Assembly: GCA_963727505.1 (NCBI GenBank)
Contig: CAVSGP010000004.1
Coordinates: 448,001-512,000 of the forward strand
From: an uncultured Trueperaceae bacterium
GTDB taxonomy: Bacteria > Deinococcota > Deinococci > Deinococcales > Trueperaceae
DNA length: 64,000 nt
Direction of reading: 5' to 3'
The position numbers and the translations under genes are program-made. The notes under the pieces were generated by a model, which was not told the DNA's origin, searched no databases, and was given only the letters and a program-made list of their open reading frames with translations. Position 1 is the first letter of the stretch; each line of letters opens with the position of its first letter. Positions 1 through 9,470 of this stretch are shown here, in pieces.

Positions 1-217
1 AGCGCTCCTCGCCGTACTCCTCGCCACGGATGCCGTCGTCGGGGAAGGCAGCGTGCAGGCGCTCCCGGATGAGCTCCTCCGCGGCGCGATCGGCCGCCGT
101 CACGGGGCTGTCGTCCGCCTTGTACTCGGCCTCCACGCCCGTCCGGAAGCTCGCCAGCGTCTGCCTGCCCGCCTCGTAGGCGGTGCGGATCGCGACGTCG
201 AGGGGATCCTCTGCCAT
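1..217 (-). CDS. Inositol monophosphatase family protein (histidinol-phosphatase HisN-like), 5' part only; runs off the window edge
   Basis: Manual translation from ATG at 217: MAEDPLDVAIRTAYEAGRQTLASFRTGVEAEYKADDSPVTAADRAAEELIRERLHAAFPDDGIRGEE (K-x-D-x-SPVT-x-AD and GEE motifs); GGGAGG RBS upstream. Confidence 0.8.
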   Translation of the reverse strand, partial: MAEDPLDVAIRTAYEAGRQTLASFRTGVEAEYKADDSPVTAADRAAEELIRERLHAAFPDDGIRGEEYGEER

Positions 218-304
218 GCTCAACCTCCCTTTCCGGCCCGCGGCGCCTGGGGCGCGCAGGGCCGGAAGTCACGCCTACCACGCGAATGGTACGATACGCC
301 CATC

Positions 305-1453
305 ATGCTCTACGAGCGCGCCCTGCTCGAGGAACGCGAGCTCCGATCCCTCGCACCCTACGCCAGCCTCGCGTCCGCCTCGCGCGGGCGCCTCCACCCG
401 GAGGCCGAGAGCCGCTACCGCACGGCCTACCAGAAGGACCGCGACCGGGTCATCCACACCAGTGCCTTCCGCCGCCTGGAGTACAAGACGCAGGTCTTCG
501 TCAACACCCAGGGCGACTATTACCGCACGCGCCTGACGCACACGCTCGAGGTGGTGCAGGTCGGCAAGAGCATCGCGCGGGCGCTCGGGCTCAACGAGGA
601 CCTCACCGAGACCATCGCGCTGGCACACGACCTGGGCCATCCTCCCTTCGGCCACGCCGGCGAGCGCACGCTCGACCGGCTGACGCAGGCGATCGGCGGT
701 TTCGACCACAACAAGCAGAGCCTGCGGATCGTCACCGAGCTCGAGCGGCGCTACCCGGCCTTCCCCGGGCTGAACCTGAGCTGGGAGACGCTCGAGGGGA
801 TCATGAAGCACGAGACCGAGTACGACCTTCCCGACCCCAGCTGGGAGCCGGACCGGCAACCGTCGCTGGAGGCGCAGGTGGTCAACGTCGCCGACGAGCT
901 GGCCTACAACGCCCACGACCTGGACGACGGCCTGCGCTCGGGCCACCTGTCACCGCGGGACATCGTCGAGGTGCGCGTCGTGCGCGAGCTGATGGATCGG
1001 CTGGGGATCGATCCCCTGAACTTCGCCAACACGCAGCGCTACTACCTCATCCGTGAGTTGCTGGGAGACGTCATCACCGACGCGGCCGAGCACACCCATG
1101 CCCACCTCGTCGAGGTCGGGGTGCTCAACGTCGCGGACGTGCGCGAGGCGCCGGGCAAGCTGGTGTCGACATCCCCGGAGATGCGGGAGAAGCTGGCCGA
1201 GCTGAAGGCCTTCCTGTTCGAGCGCTTCTACTTCCACTACCGCCAGATCCGCATGACCCACAAGGCCGACGCTCTGTTGGAACGCATGTATCTCGCCTAC
1301 GTCGACGCGCCGGACATGCTGCCCTTCGACGTGCAGGCGCAAGCCGAGGCGCTCGGGCTAGAGCGCGCCGTCACCGACTACATCGCCGGCATGACCGACC
1401 GCTATGCCCGCGAGGAGTACCGGCGCCTGTTCGACCCCGACGTGCTGACCTGA
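305..1453 (+). CDS. dgt: Deoxyguanosinetriphosphate triphosphohydrolase (HD-domain dGTPase)
   Basis: RTAYQKDRDRVIH..AFRRLEYKTQVF, RTRLTHTLEV, HDLGHPPFGHAGE, DYIAGMTDRYA; start moved to ATG 305. Confidence 0.93.
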   Translation: MLYERALLEERELRSLAPYASLASASRGRLHPEAESRYRTAYQKDRDRVIHTSAFRRLEYKTQVFVNTQGDYYRTRLTHTLEVVQVGKSIARALGLNEDLTETIALAHDLGHPPFGHAGERTLDRLTQAIGGFDHNKQSLRIVTELERRYPAFPGLNLSWETLEGIMKHETEYDLPDPSWEPDRQPSLEAQVVNVADELAYNAHDLDDGLRSGHLSPRDIVEVRVVRELMDRLGIDPLNFANTQRYYLIRELLGDVITDAAEHTHAHLVEVGVLNVADVREAPGKLVSTSPEMREKLAELKAFLFERFYFHYRQIRMTHKADALLERMYLAYVDAPDMLPFDVQAQAEALGLERAVTDYIAGMTDRYAREEYRRLFDPDVLT

Positions 1454-1472
1454 GCAGTGGAGCGGCCCGGCA

Positions 1473-2534
1473 CTACTGTGTCGCCCGGGCCACCGCGATC
1501 AAGCTGCCGTCATCGGGGTTGCGGAACCAGGCCACGTTGAAGCCGCCCCGCAGCACGTGGATCAGGAGCCACGGGCTGGTGAGCGCCTGGGTGGTGATCT
1601 GTCCCTGCTGGGGCTGCTGCCTCACGAGGTCGACGTAGAGCTCACCGTTCTCCACCGTCACGCTGCGAACCTTGACGTCGTAGCCTCCCGTGGACTTCTG
1701 CCCGTCGAACACGGCAAGCACCGTCTCGCGCGAGAAGTCGATGGTGGGCACCGGCGGAACGTTGAGCTGCGAGCCGTAGGCCTTGTACCAGAGGTTGGTG
1801 AGCTGGTCCCGGCTGTTGACCAGCACGTACTGCGGCTTGTCGAAACCGACCGCCTTCTGCCCCTGCGCCAGCACCTCCCAGGCGATCTGCTGGGCGCCGG
1901 CGCCGGGCGCCGAGGCCGCCGTCTCGAGCCCCTGCTGGACGTAGACGCCGGTCTGCAGATACTCGCTGGTGCCGTTCACGCTGTGCTTGGTGAGCGACGC
2001 GCTCGGGAGCACGGCCAGCACGTAGGGCTTGCCGCCCTTCTCGAGGCCGTTGGCCAGGGCGTCGGCCTCGCGGTCGGTGAGCTCGCCCAGCCCGCGCAGG
2101 CGGTTGAGACGCGGCGTGGGCACCACCGTCTGCGTGGTGCCGGCCTTGGCGCCGTCCACCAGCTTGAAGTAGTCGCTGCCGTCGAAGTAGACCACCTGCT
2201 CGACGTCGGTGTGGGCTGCCAGACGGAGATCGGTCGTCAGCGGGATGCGCGACACCGCAACAGGTGCGGGATCGAGCGGCGGGACGGATGTCCGGGCGAA
2301 CGCCTTCCCGTCGACCAGCAACGCACCGTCGACGGCATAGGGCGCCGTCGCACTCCCCTGGCTCAGGGTCACCTGCTTACCGTCCAGATCGAACTTCCTC
2401 GGCGACCCGTACAGGTAGCTCAGCCGAGCATTGAGCGCACCGTACACGGTGACGTCGTGGAGCTTCGGTCCGGACTGTGGTGCGCAGCCCGCGAGTAGGA
2501 CGAGCACGGCCAGAGCGGGCAAGGCGAAACGCAT
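1473..2534 (-). CDS. Lipoprotein with C-terminal PrcB-like domain
   Basis: Lipobox LLAG-C after hydrophobic leader; C-terminal P-x-IDFSRETVLAVFDGQKSTGGY...TQALTSPW. Confidence 0.75.
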   Translation of the reverse strand: MRFALPALAVLVLLAGCAPQSGPKLHDVTVYGALNARLSYLYGSPRKFDLDGKQVTLSQGSATAPYAVDGALLVDGKAFARTSVPPLDPAPVAVSRIPLTTDLRLAAHTDVEQVVYFDGSDYFKLVDGAKAGTTQTVVPTPRLNRLRGLGELTDREADALANGLEKGGKPYVLAVLPSASLTKHSVNGTSEYLQTGVYVQQGLETAASAPGAGAQQIAWEVLAQGQKAVGFDKPQYVLVNSRDQLTNLWYKAYGSQLNVPPVPTIDFSRETVLAVFDGQKSTGGYDVKVRSVTVENGELYVDLVRQQPQQGQITTQALTSPWLLIHVLRGGFNVAWFRNPDDGSLIAVARATQ

Positions 2535-2638
2535 GCGTACCTCCTCGGCGCATGCTATCACTGCGCAGCTGAGAACCCGCTGAGGGACGGCGTCGCCCAT
2601 CGTGATAGGGTGTCCGTCCCCCCTGCTATGCTGCGGGC

Positions 2639-3799
2639 GTGTCGCCCGGGGCCAAGCGCATCCTGATCGTGTCGGCCTCCATCGGAGGGGGGCATGTGGC
2701 GGCGGGACGCGCGCTCCAGACCGCCTTCGACGACGCTGGGATGGTCGCCGATCATGTCGATCTCCTCGAGTACACCGCTGCGCCCTTCCGGCGCCTGTAC
2801 CGCCAGGCCTACTTCGACCTGGTCCGCACCGCTCCCGACCTGGTCGAGTGGCTGGGTCGCCGGCTGGACAAGACACCGGGCGAGGAGAAGTCGCGGCAGC
2901 AGCGGCTGCGCGCACGCCTGACGCGCATGCTCAGCTACGAGCTGCCCGACCGCATCGCCATGGCTTACCCCGACGTACTCGTGCATACCCACTTCCTCGG
3001 TCCAGAGATCCTCAGCGGCCGGCTAAGGCGCAACCCGACGACGCCGCCTCAGGTCGAGGTCATCACCGACTTCTTCGCCCACAGCCTATGGCTCCAGCCC
3101 GGCCTCCAGCGCTACTACGTCGCCAACGACGAGGTCGCGGTGCACCTCCGTTCGGCGGGGGTGGAAGCGGAACGCATCCGCGTCACCGGCATCCCCGTCG
3201 ACCCGCGCTTCGCGCTGCTCCCGGGCAAGCGGGAGGCGCGCGCGGCGCTGGGCATCGGCGCCGACCGCGACGTGCTGCTGTTCATGGCCTCGGGGCTTGA
3301 CGGCAAGACCCTGCGGGCGCTTCTCGAACAGCTCGGCGAGTTGCGCTGGCCCCTCGTCGTGCACGTGGTCTGCGGGCGCAGCCCCGCTCTGGTGGCGGTC
3401 GCGCAGGACGCGATCGAGACGTACGAGGGACCGATCGCCTTCGAAGTCCACGGGCGGCGCGAAGACATCCCCCTGCTGATGGCGGCCTCCGATCTTCTGG
3501 TCGGAAAACCCGGCGGCCTCACCAGCAGCGAGGCGATGGCGGCCGGCCTGCCGCTGGCGGTCGTGCACCCCTACCCCCTGCAGGAGGAGGCCAACGCCAA
3601 CGTGCTCCTGGAGCAGGGAGCCGCCATGCGCATCGCCCCCATCACCACCTTCGCGCACAAGCTGCGGGGCTTCTTCGGCGATCCGACGCGCCGCTCCGTC
3701 ATGGCAGAGGCGGCTCGGCGAATCGGCAGACCCGACGCCGCCCGCGCCGTGGTGGACTCGGTCCGGAGCGAGCTGCTCGAGGTCGACCCCGCCCTATGA
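2639..3799 (+). CDS. MGDG synthase/UgtP-like glycosyltransferase (GT28)
   Basis: SASIGGGHVAA, VITDF..H..W, TGIPVDPRF, DLLVGKPGGLTSSEA, QEEANA. Confidence 0.88.
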   Translation: MSPGAKRILIVSASIGGGHVAAGRALQTAFDDAGMVADHVDLLEYTAAPFRRLYRQAYFDLVRTAPDLVEWLGRRLDKTPGEEKSRQQRLRARLTRMLSYELPDRIAMAYPDVLVHTHFLGPEILSGRLRRNPTTPPQVEVITDFFAHSLWLQPGLQRYYVANDEVAVHLRSAGVEAERIRVTGIPVDPRFALLPGKREARAALGIGADRDVLLFMASGLDGKTLRALLEQLGELRWPLVVHVVCGRSPALVAVAQDAIETYEGPIAFEVHGRREDIPLLMAASDLLVGKPGGLTSSEAMAAGLPLAVVHPYPLQEEANANVLLEQGAAMRIAPITTFAHKLRGFFGDPTRRSVMAEAARRIGRPDAARAVVDSVRSELLEVDPAL

Positions 3800-5670
3800 T
3801 CCTCGGTCGGTCGCAGCCGTGCGCCTTCATGGAGGCGTCGGTCCGGGCGTTCGCCGCCCGGCTGGTGCCCGCCCTGCTGCTCGCGACGTACCTCGTCCTG
3901 GCGTCGTCGGCGGCCGCGCAGGCCAGGCCGGACGCCACGGCGCCGAGCGCGCCGTCGGGTGATGGGGCGCAGTCCGTCGACGTGCTCGTGGTGGGCTCGC
4001 AACCCGAAGCGATCATGGCCGCCGTGGCCGCGGCCGAACAGGGCGCACATACAGCGCTCCTGACCAGCGCCACGCGCCTCGGCGGGCTCTTCGTCCTGGG
4101 CGAGCTCAACGTCCTCGACCTGCGCACGCAACCGCACCTGTACCAGCGCGGGCTTTTCCTGCGCTGGTGGCGCCGGGTCGGAGAGCGTCCAGCGTTCGAC
4201 GTCCCCGCCGCCGAACGCGCCTTCGAATCCATGCTCTCGCAGGCCGGGGTCGAGGTGATCCGTGGCACCGCCGAGCCCGTCCCGTTGTTGGATGCCAACG
4301 GCCGCCTGCTGGGAGCGCGCGCCGGTAACCGCACGTTGCTCGCCAACCAGGTCGTCGACGGCCAGGCCGACGGCCGGTTCGCCGCGGCCGCCGGCGCGCC
4401 GTTCACGCTGGGCTGGTCGTCGCTAGGCGTGCAGCAGCGCATGGCCGACACCCTGGTGTTCGCCTTGCACGACGTCGATTGGCAGACGCTGACGCGTGCG
4501 GTTCGGGCCCGCGGCTCCGACTACGCCGACGTGCGGGACAACGTGGTGTGGGGCCCCTTCGGGGGGTACCCGGCCGCCTACCGGCCGGAGCGCAGTGGGC
4601 TGCGCCTGCGCGGACTGAACCTCGGCAAGGAGAGCGACGGCACCGTCCTGGTCAACGCCCTGCTCGTCTACGGCGTAGATCCACTCGACCCGGCCAGCCG
4701 CGCCGCCGCCCGTCGGCGGGCGGCGGACGAGGTGCCGTCGGTCGTGCGCTACCTGGCGGCGGGCATCCCGGGCTTCGAGCACGTGCGCCTCGCCGGCGTG
4801 GCACCGAGGCTGTACGTTCGGGAGTCGCGCCACCTCGAGGCGCAGTGCGTGCTGCACGTGGGGGACGTGCTGGACAACCGCGTCACCGGTTCCGACGTGG
4901 CGGCCGGCGGCTACCCGCTCGATGTGCAGAGCCTCACCGAGCACGACACCGGTTTCGTCTTCGGCACTCCCGAGGTGTACGGGGCGCGCTTGTGCATGAG
5001 CGTGGCGCCCTCCCCGGCGCCCCTGTGGGTCGTGGGCAAGACCGCGGGCTTCGATCCCATCGCGTTCGCCAGCGCACGCGTGGTGCCGTTCGGGATGGCG
5101 CTGGCCGAGGCGGTGGGCGTGGCGGCCGCCCGGGCCGCGGCGCTCGGGCTCGACCCCGGCGCGCTGACCTCCGACCCAGAGCAGGTCCAGGCCGTCCGTG
5201 CCACCCTCGCGGAGCGGGGAGCCTACCTGGCGCCGGTCGAGCCCCGGACGCCGGTCGGCCCGGTCGACAGTCCGTACTACGAGGCCTACCGACTGCTCCT
5301 CAGTCGGGGCCTGGCGGTCGGCGGCTACGACAACGACCCGCACCTCGGCAAGGCAGTCACCCAGCAGAGCTTCCTCTACCTGCTGAGCAACGTGGCGCAG
5401 CGCTTCTTCGCAGACGGTAGCGCCGGTCCGACGCTGGTCGCGCGTTACGGCGTCAGCGCCACGCCCCTGCGCCCGGCCATCGCCTTGAGCGCGGCGTACG
5501 ACGCCGCGTGCCTGTTGGGCGGATGCCCGGCGGAGCCGACCTGGGCCGCGCTGCAACGCGCCGGCCTGGCGCCACCGGGGTTCGCCCCCACGGCGCCGCT
5601 GGACCGCGGCCAGGCCTACGCCCTGGCCGCCGGCATCGCCCGCATGGCCGCGGGCGCCCGGGGGCACTGA
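3796..5670 (+). CDS. Exported FAD-dependent oxidoreductase with SLH-like C-terminal region
   Basis: Signal-peptide-like N-terminus, DVLVVG..PEAIMAAVAAA Rossmann start, LYVRESRH, GGYPLDVQ, SARVVPFGMALAEAVG; start may be 3829. Confidence 0.75.
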   Translation: MILGRSQPCAFMEASVRAFAARLVPALLLATYLVLASSAAAQARPDATAPSAPSGDGAQSVDVLVVGSQPEAIMAAVAAAEQGAHTALLTSATRLGGLFVLGELNVLDLRTQPHLYQRGLFLRWWRRVGERPAFDVPAAERAFESMLSQAGVEVIRGTAEPVPLLDANGRLLGARAGNRTLLANQVVDGQADGRFAAAAGAPFTLGWSSLGVQQRMADTLVFALHDVDWQTLTRAVRARGSDYADVRDNVVWGPFGGYPAAYRPERSGLRLRGLNLGKESDGTVLVNALLVYGVDPLDPASRAAARRRAADEVPSVVRYLAAGIPGFEHVRLAGVAPRLYVRESRHLEAQCVLHVGDVLDNRVTGSDVAAGGYPLDVQSLTEHDTGFVFGTPEVYGARLCMSVAPSPAPLWVVGKTAGFDPIAFASARVVPFGMALAEAVGVAAARAAALGLDPGALTSDPEQVQAVRATLAERGAYLAPVEPRTPVGPVDSPYYEAYRLLLSRGLAVGGYDNDPHLGKAVTQQSFLYLLSNVAQRFFADGSAGPTLVARYGVSATPLRPAIALSAAYDAACLLGGCPAEPTWAALQRAGLAPPGFAPTAPLDRGQAYALAAGIARMAAGARGH

Positions 5671-5692
5671 GAGGCGCGACGTCCGCGTGAGC

Positions 5693-6913
5693 TCAGACGC
5701 GTCCGGTCGCGCGCTCCTGCACGATGGCGTCGATGAACTGCCGCGCCGTGCGACCCGAGTACCCGTTCCCCCAATCGGCGAAGCGGACGGCGCGCTCCCG
5801 AAGGTCGCTTCCACCGACCACCTCGCGCGCCGCCAGGGCCTCCACGATCTCTAGGTAGCGGCGCTGGCTGGCGCTGGGGAAGGTGAGCGTCAACCCGAAG
5901 CGATCGGCCAGGGCGAGTCGCTCGTTGTGGGTGTCCCAGGCGTGCACGTCATCGTCCTCGCCGGGCTGCGGGCGCTCGGAGAGGCGCTCTCGAAGCAGGT
6001 GCCGGCGGTTGCTGGTGGCGTAGAGCACGACGTTACCCGGGCGCGCCGTGAGGCTCCCCTCCAGCAGCGTCTTCAGGGGGTGGTAGCGGCGGTCGTCGTG
6101 CTCGAAGCTGAGATCGTCGACGTAGAGCACGAAGCGCTGCGGCAGCGCCCGCAACCGCTGGACGACCTCCGGCAGCGTCTGCAGCTCGCCGCCGGCGAGC
6201 TCCACCAGCCGCAGCCCACGCTCGGCGTAGCGCGGCAGCAGACTACGCACCGCCGTGGACTTGCCGCTGCCACGCGGCCCGTAGAGCAGCGCATTGTGCG
6301 CCGGAGCGCCGGCGAGCAGCGCCTCGGTGTTGGTGAAGAGGCGGGCGAGCTGGTCGTCCACGCCCACCAGCGCCGAGGCGTCGGCCATGGCCGGGTGGGG
6401 GATGCCGTGCAGCACACCCCCCTGCCACCGGAGCGCCGGGTAACGCGCGGCCGCCCCGGCACCGTGATCGCGGTAACGCTCGAGCAGCTGCTGCAGCAGG
6501 TCCTCGACCGGCTCACGCAGCAGCGCGGCCGCGAACAACGCCACCGCCTCCTCCCAGGCGTCCGGCGCGGGCGGCCGCACCAGGCCCTCGAGCGGCGGCA
6601 GGTCGCCCGCACCCTGCGCCTCGGCCTCCCGCCGCCAGTCGCGCCGCAACGCGCTCACGATCGCGTCCACGTCCGCCCGGGCAACGTCCAGAAGGCCCTC
6701 CGGCGGATCGGCTGCGCGTGCCAGCGGGTTGTCCACCTCGAGCAGGGCGGCCGCGAACGCCGACGCCAGATCGGCGCGTTCGTCGGCCAGCAGCGCCCGC
6801 ACCACCTCGACGTAGGCCGCCTCGACCGGCTCCGGGTCGCGACCCTGCAGCGTCCTGTCCAGCGCGCGCAGGGCGGGCCAGGTGGGGCGCTGCTCGAGCC
6901 CCCGGAGCACCAT
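5693..6913 (-). CDS. DUF815-type AAA+ ATP-binding protein
   Basis: Walker A GPRGSGKS, FVLYVDDLSFE, LKTLLEG, YATSNRRHL, LADRFGL, SGRTARQF. Confidence 0.85.
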   Translation of the reverse strand: MVLRGLEQRPTWPALRALDRTLQGRDPEPVEAAYVEVVRALLADERADLASAFAAALLEVDNPLARAADPPEGLLDVARADVDAIVSALRRDWRREAEAQGAGDLPPLEGLVRPPAPDAWEEAVALFAAALLREPVEDLLQQLLERYRDHGAGAAARYPALRWQGGVLHGIPHPAMADASALVGVDDQLARLFTNTEALLAGAPAHNALLYGPRGSGKSTAVRSLLPRYAERGLRLVELAGGELQTLPEVVQRLRALPQRFVLYVDDLSFEHDDRRYHPLKTLLEGSLTARPGNVVLYATSNRRHLLRERLSERPQPGEDDDVHAWDTHNERLALADRFGLTLTFPSASQRRYLEIVEALAAREVVGGSDLRERAVRFADWGNGYSGRTARQFIDAIVQERATGRV

Positions 6914-7824
6914 CAACGGTCGCACGGGACCTCCTCGCCCCGCAGCTGGCGGGTGAACTCCGGCGCGGCGGCGAGCGCCGCGCGCATCGCCTGCTCCCCG
7001 GCACGGATGTTCTGCGGCGACTTGTGGAAGTCCCACCAGGCGCTGGGAGGGTCCTCGCGGACCAGCAGGCCCCCCCGCGGGGCGCGCAGACCGTGGCTGT
7101 ATGAGCGCAGCGAGATCGCCATGCCTCGCGTCATCTGGCCGAACGGTCCGGTTGCCCCACTGCGGGCAGCCAGCTCTTGGAAGCCCCGTCCCAGGCTAGA
7201 GGCGTTGAACCGCCGGATGAAGCGGATGAGGCGTGAATGCTCGACGTCGACGCCCGCATGGAGCCCGATCACCAGGTCTGGGTCCAACGTCGCCAGCGCC
7301 CGGAACGGTACCGTCTCCACGAAGCCTCCGTCGATGAGCACGCGGCCGTCCATGCGGACCGGCGCGAACACGCCGGGCAGCGCGCAACTCGCCTGGACCG
7401 CGTGAGCGATGCCCCCCTGGCGGATCACCCGTAGCCGACCCGTCGACAGGTCCGTGCAGGCCACCACGAACGGGATCTCGGTATCGGCGAAGGTGGCGCC
7501 GAAGAAGAACTTGCGATCGAGCCAGCGGGCCAGGCGCTGCCCGTGGATGAGGCTGCCACGGTGCAACCCGAAATCCACGCCCTGCAGCCAGATCTCCCCC
7601 GTGTTCTGTTCCCGTACGAGCTTCTCGAGCTCCAGCGCCGGCATGCCCAGTGCGTACAGAGCAGCGACGATCGCTCCGTAACTCGTGCCCGCCAACGCAC
7701 TCGGGGTGGCTCCTTCGGCCTCGAGCACCTTGAGCGCTCCGATGTGCGCCAGACCGCGCGCCGTGCCGCCGCCCAATGCCACCCCGAGACGCGGCCGGAC
7801 GCCGTGGTATGCGGGCGCTTCCAT
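6913..7824 (-). CDS. Patatin-like phospholipase
   Basis: LGGGTARGLAHIG, GTSYG nucleophile elbow, DGG motif. Confidence 0.9.
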   Translation of the reverse strand: MEAPAYHGVRPRLGVALGGGTARGLAHIGALKVLEAEGATPSALAGTSYGAIVAALYALGMPALELEKLVREQNTGEIWLQGVDFGLHRGSLIHGQRLARWLDRKFFFGATFADTEIPFVVACTDLSTGRLRVIRQGGIAHAVQASCALPGVFAPVRMDGRVLIDGGFVETVPFRALATLDPDLVIGLHAGVDVEHSRLIRFIRRFNASSLGRGFQELAARSGATGPFGQMTRGMAISLRSYSHGLRAPRGGLLVREDPPSAWWDFHKSPQNIRAGEQAMRAALAAAPEFTRQLRGEEVPCDR

Positions 7825-7943
7825 GGCCACCATGCTACACCGCGTGGAACGCCTCGACACGCGCCAGGACGCACGCGAGAGGCTCCCATCGGGCGCCGAG
7901 CGGGCCGCCTGAGGGGGTGCGCCCGGTGGTAGAGTGACCCCTG

Positions 7944-9470
7944 ATGTCGGCGCTGTACCAACGGGCCCGCCCCGTCCGTTTCGACGAGGTGGTGGGTCAG
8001 GAACATGTCATCGAGGTGCTGGGCTCGGCGGTGCGCCGCGCCCGCATCGGGCACGCCTACCTCTTCTCCGGTCCGCGCGGCGTGGGCAAGACCACCACCG
8101 CCCGTCTGTTGGCGATGGCCGCCAACTGCGAGCACGAGGATCCGGCGGCGCGTCCCTGCGGCACCTGCGACTCCTGCCGGCTCGTGCAGGCTGGCTCGCA
8201 TCCGGACGTGACCGAGCTCGATGCGGCTTCCAACAACTCCGTGGAGGACGTGCGGGACCTGCGCGAGAAGGTAGGCCTCGCCGGCCTGCGCGGAGGGACC
8301 CGCGTGTGGATCCTGGACGAGGCCCACATGCTCAGCCGGGCGGCCGCCAACGCGTTGCTGAAGACCCTCGAGGAGCCGCCGCCCGGGCTGCTGTTCATCC
8401 TTGCAACGACCGAGCCGGAGAAGCTCCCTCCGACCGTCCTGTCGCGCTGCCAGCACTTCCGCTTCCGGCGCCTGTCCGACGACGAGATCGTAGGCAAGCT
8501 GCAGACGCTCGCCGCGGCGGCCGATATCGACGCGGAGCTGGAAGCGCTGAGGCTGGTGGCGCGCGTGGCCGACGGCGGCATGCGCGACGCCGAGTCGATG
8601 CTGGAGCGGCTGCTGCTGCTCGACGAGGGCATCACCGCACGCGCCGCCGAAGAGGCACTGGGACTACCCCCGCAGGAGCGCCTCCAGGCGATGGGCTCGG
8701 CGCTCGCCGACCGAGATCTGGAGACGCTCCTGGACGAAGCCGACGGGCTCTACCGGGAGGGGTTCTCGCCCCGCACGCTGGCCGAACAGCTCACGCGCAC
8801 GCTCCGCGACGCCCTGGTGGGCTCCGTGAAGGACGAGGGGTTCCGGCTTCCGGTCGAGGATCCCGCCCTGATGCGCGTCATCCAGACGCTCGACGACGAG
8901 ATGGAGCGTTTCCTGCGGCACAACGATCTCTACGCGCTAGAGGTGGCGCTCATCAAGGGGCTCAACGCGCTGGCGGCGGGAGCGGCCCAGGCAACGGGCC
9001 CCGGCGCGACCGCCACGGCCGCCGACGGCGCGCCCGAGCTCCCGCCCTTCGAGCCGAACGGCGGACGGCGCGACCGGCCCGGGCGTCGAGGCACGCCTCC
9101 TGACGCGCGCTCGGCGGCGCCGCCGAGCGAGGCGACCCCGAGCGAGGCGACCCCGAGCCCACCGCCGGCAGCGGCCCACGCGCAGCCCGCCGCGGGCACG
9201 CCTGCGAGCGACGCTCCCGGCAAGCCGCTCTCCTGGCGCGCGGTCAAGGCGAAGGCCGGTGCGCAGCTCAAGGCCTTCCTGCTGCCTGCCCAGGAGAGCG
9301 TCGACGGTACGGTGGTGCGGCTCAAGTTCGATGCCGTCCACCGCTTCCATCACGGCCAGCTCCTGGGCCGCTCCGACGAGCTGGCGGCGCTGGTCGAGGA
9401 GGTCGCCGGCCCCGGCTACACCATCCTGATCGAAGGCCCCGAGGGGGGCGCACCAAAAAAAATAGCGTGA
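7944..9470 (+). CDS. dnaX: DNA polymerase III subunit gamma/tau (zero-frame product)
   Basis: YQRARPVRFDEVVGQEH, HAYLFSGPRGVGKTT, Cys cluster, LDEAHML, LLKTLEEPP, SRCQ; upstream of ybaB-recR. Confidence 0.95.
   Translation: MSALYQRARPVRFDEVVGQEHVIEVLGSAVRRARIGHAYLFSGPRGVGKTTTARLLAMAANCEHEDPAARPCGTCDSCRLVQAGSHPDVTELDAASNNSVEDVRDLREKVGLAGLRGGTRVWILDEAHMLSRAAANALLKTLEEPPPGLLFILATTEPEKLPPTVLSRCQHFRFRRLSDDEIVGKLQTLAAAADIDAELEALRLVARVADGGMRDAESMLERLLLLDEGITARAAEEALGLPPQERLQAMGSALADRDLETLLDEADGLYREGFSPRTLAEQLTRTLRDALVGSVKDEGFRLPVEDPALMRVIQTLDDEMERFLRHNDLYALEVALIKGLNALAAGAAQATGPGATATAADGAPELPPFEPNGGRRDRPGRRGTPPDARSAAPPSEATPSEATPSPPPAAAHAQPAAGTPASDAPGKPLSWRAVKAKAGAQLKAFLLPAQESVDGTVVRLKFDAVHRFHHGQLLGRSDELAALVEEVAGPGYTILIEGPEGGAPKKIA

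Noticed and set aside
9123..9158. 15-bp tandem repeat in dnaX (PSEAT x2)
   Set aside because: Ordinary in-frame duplication in a low-complexity linker.
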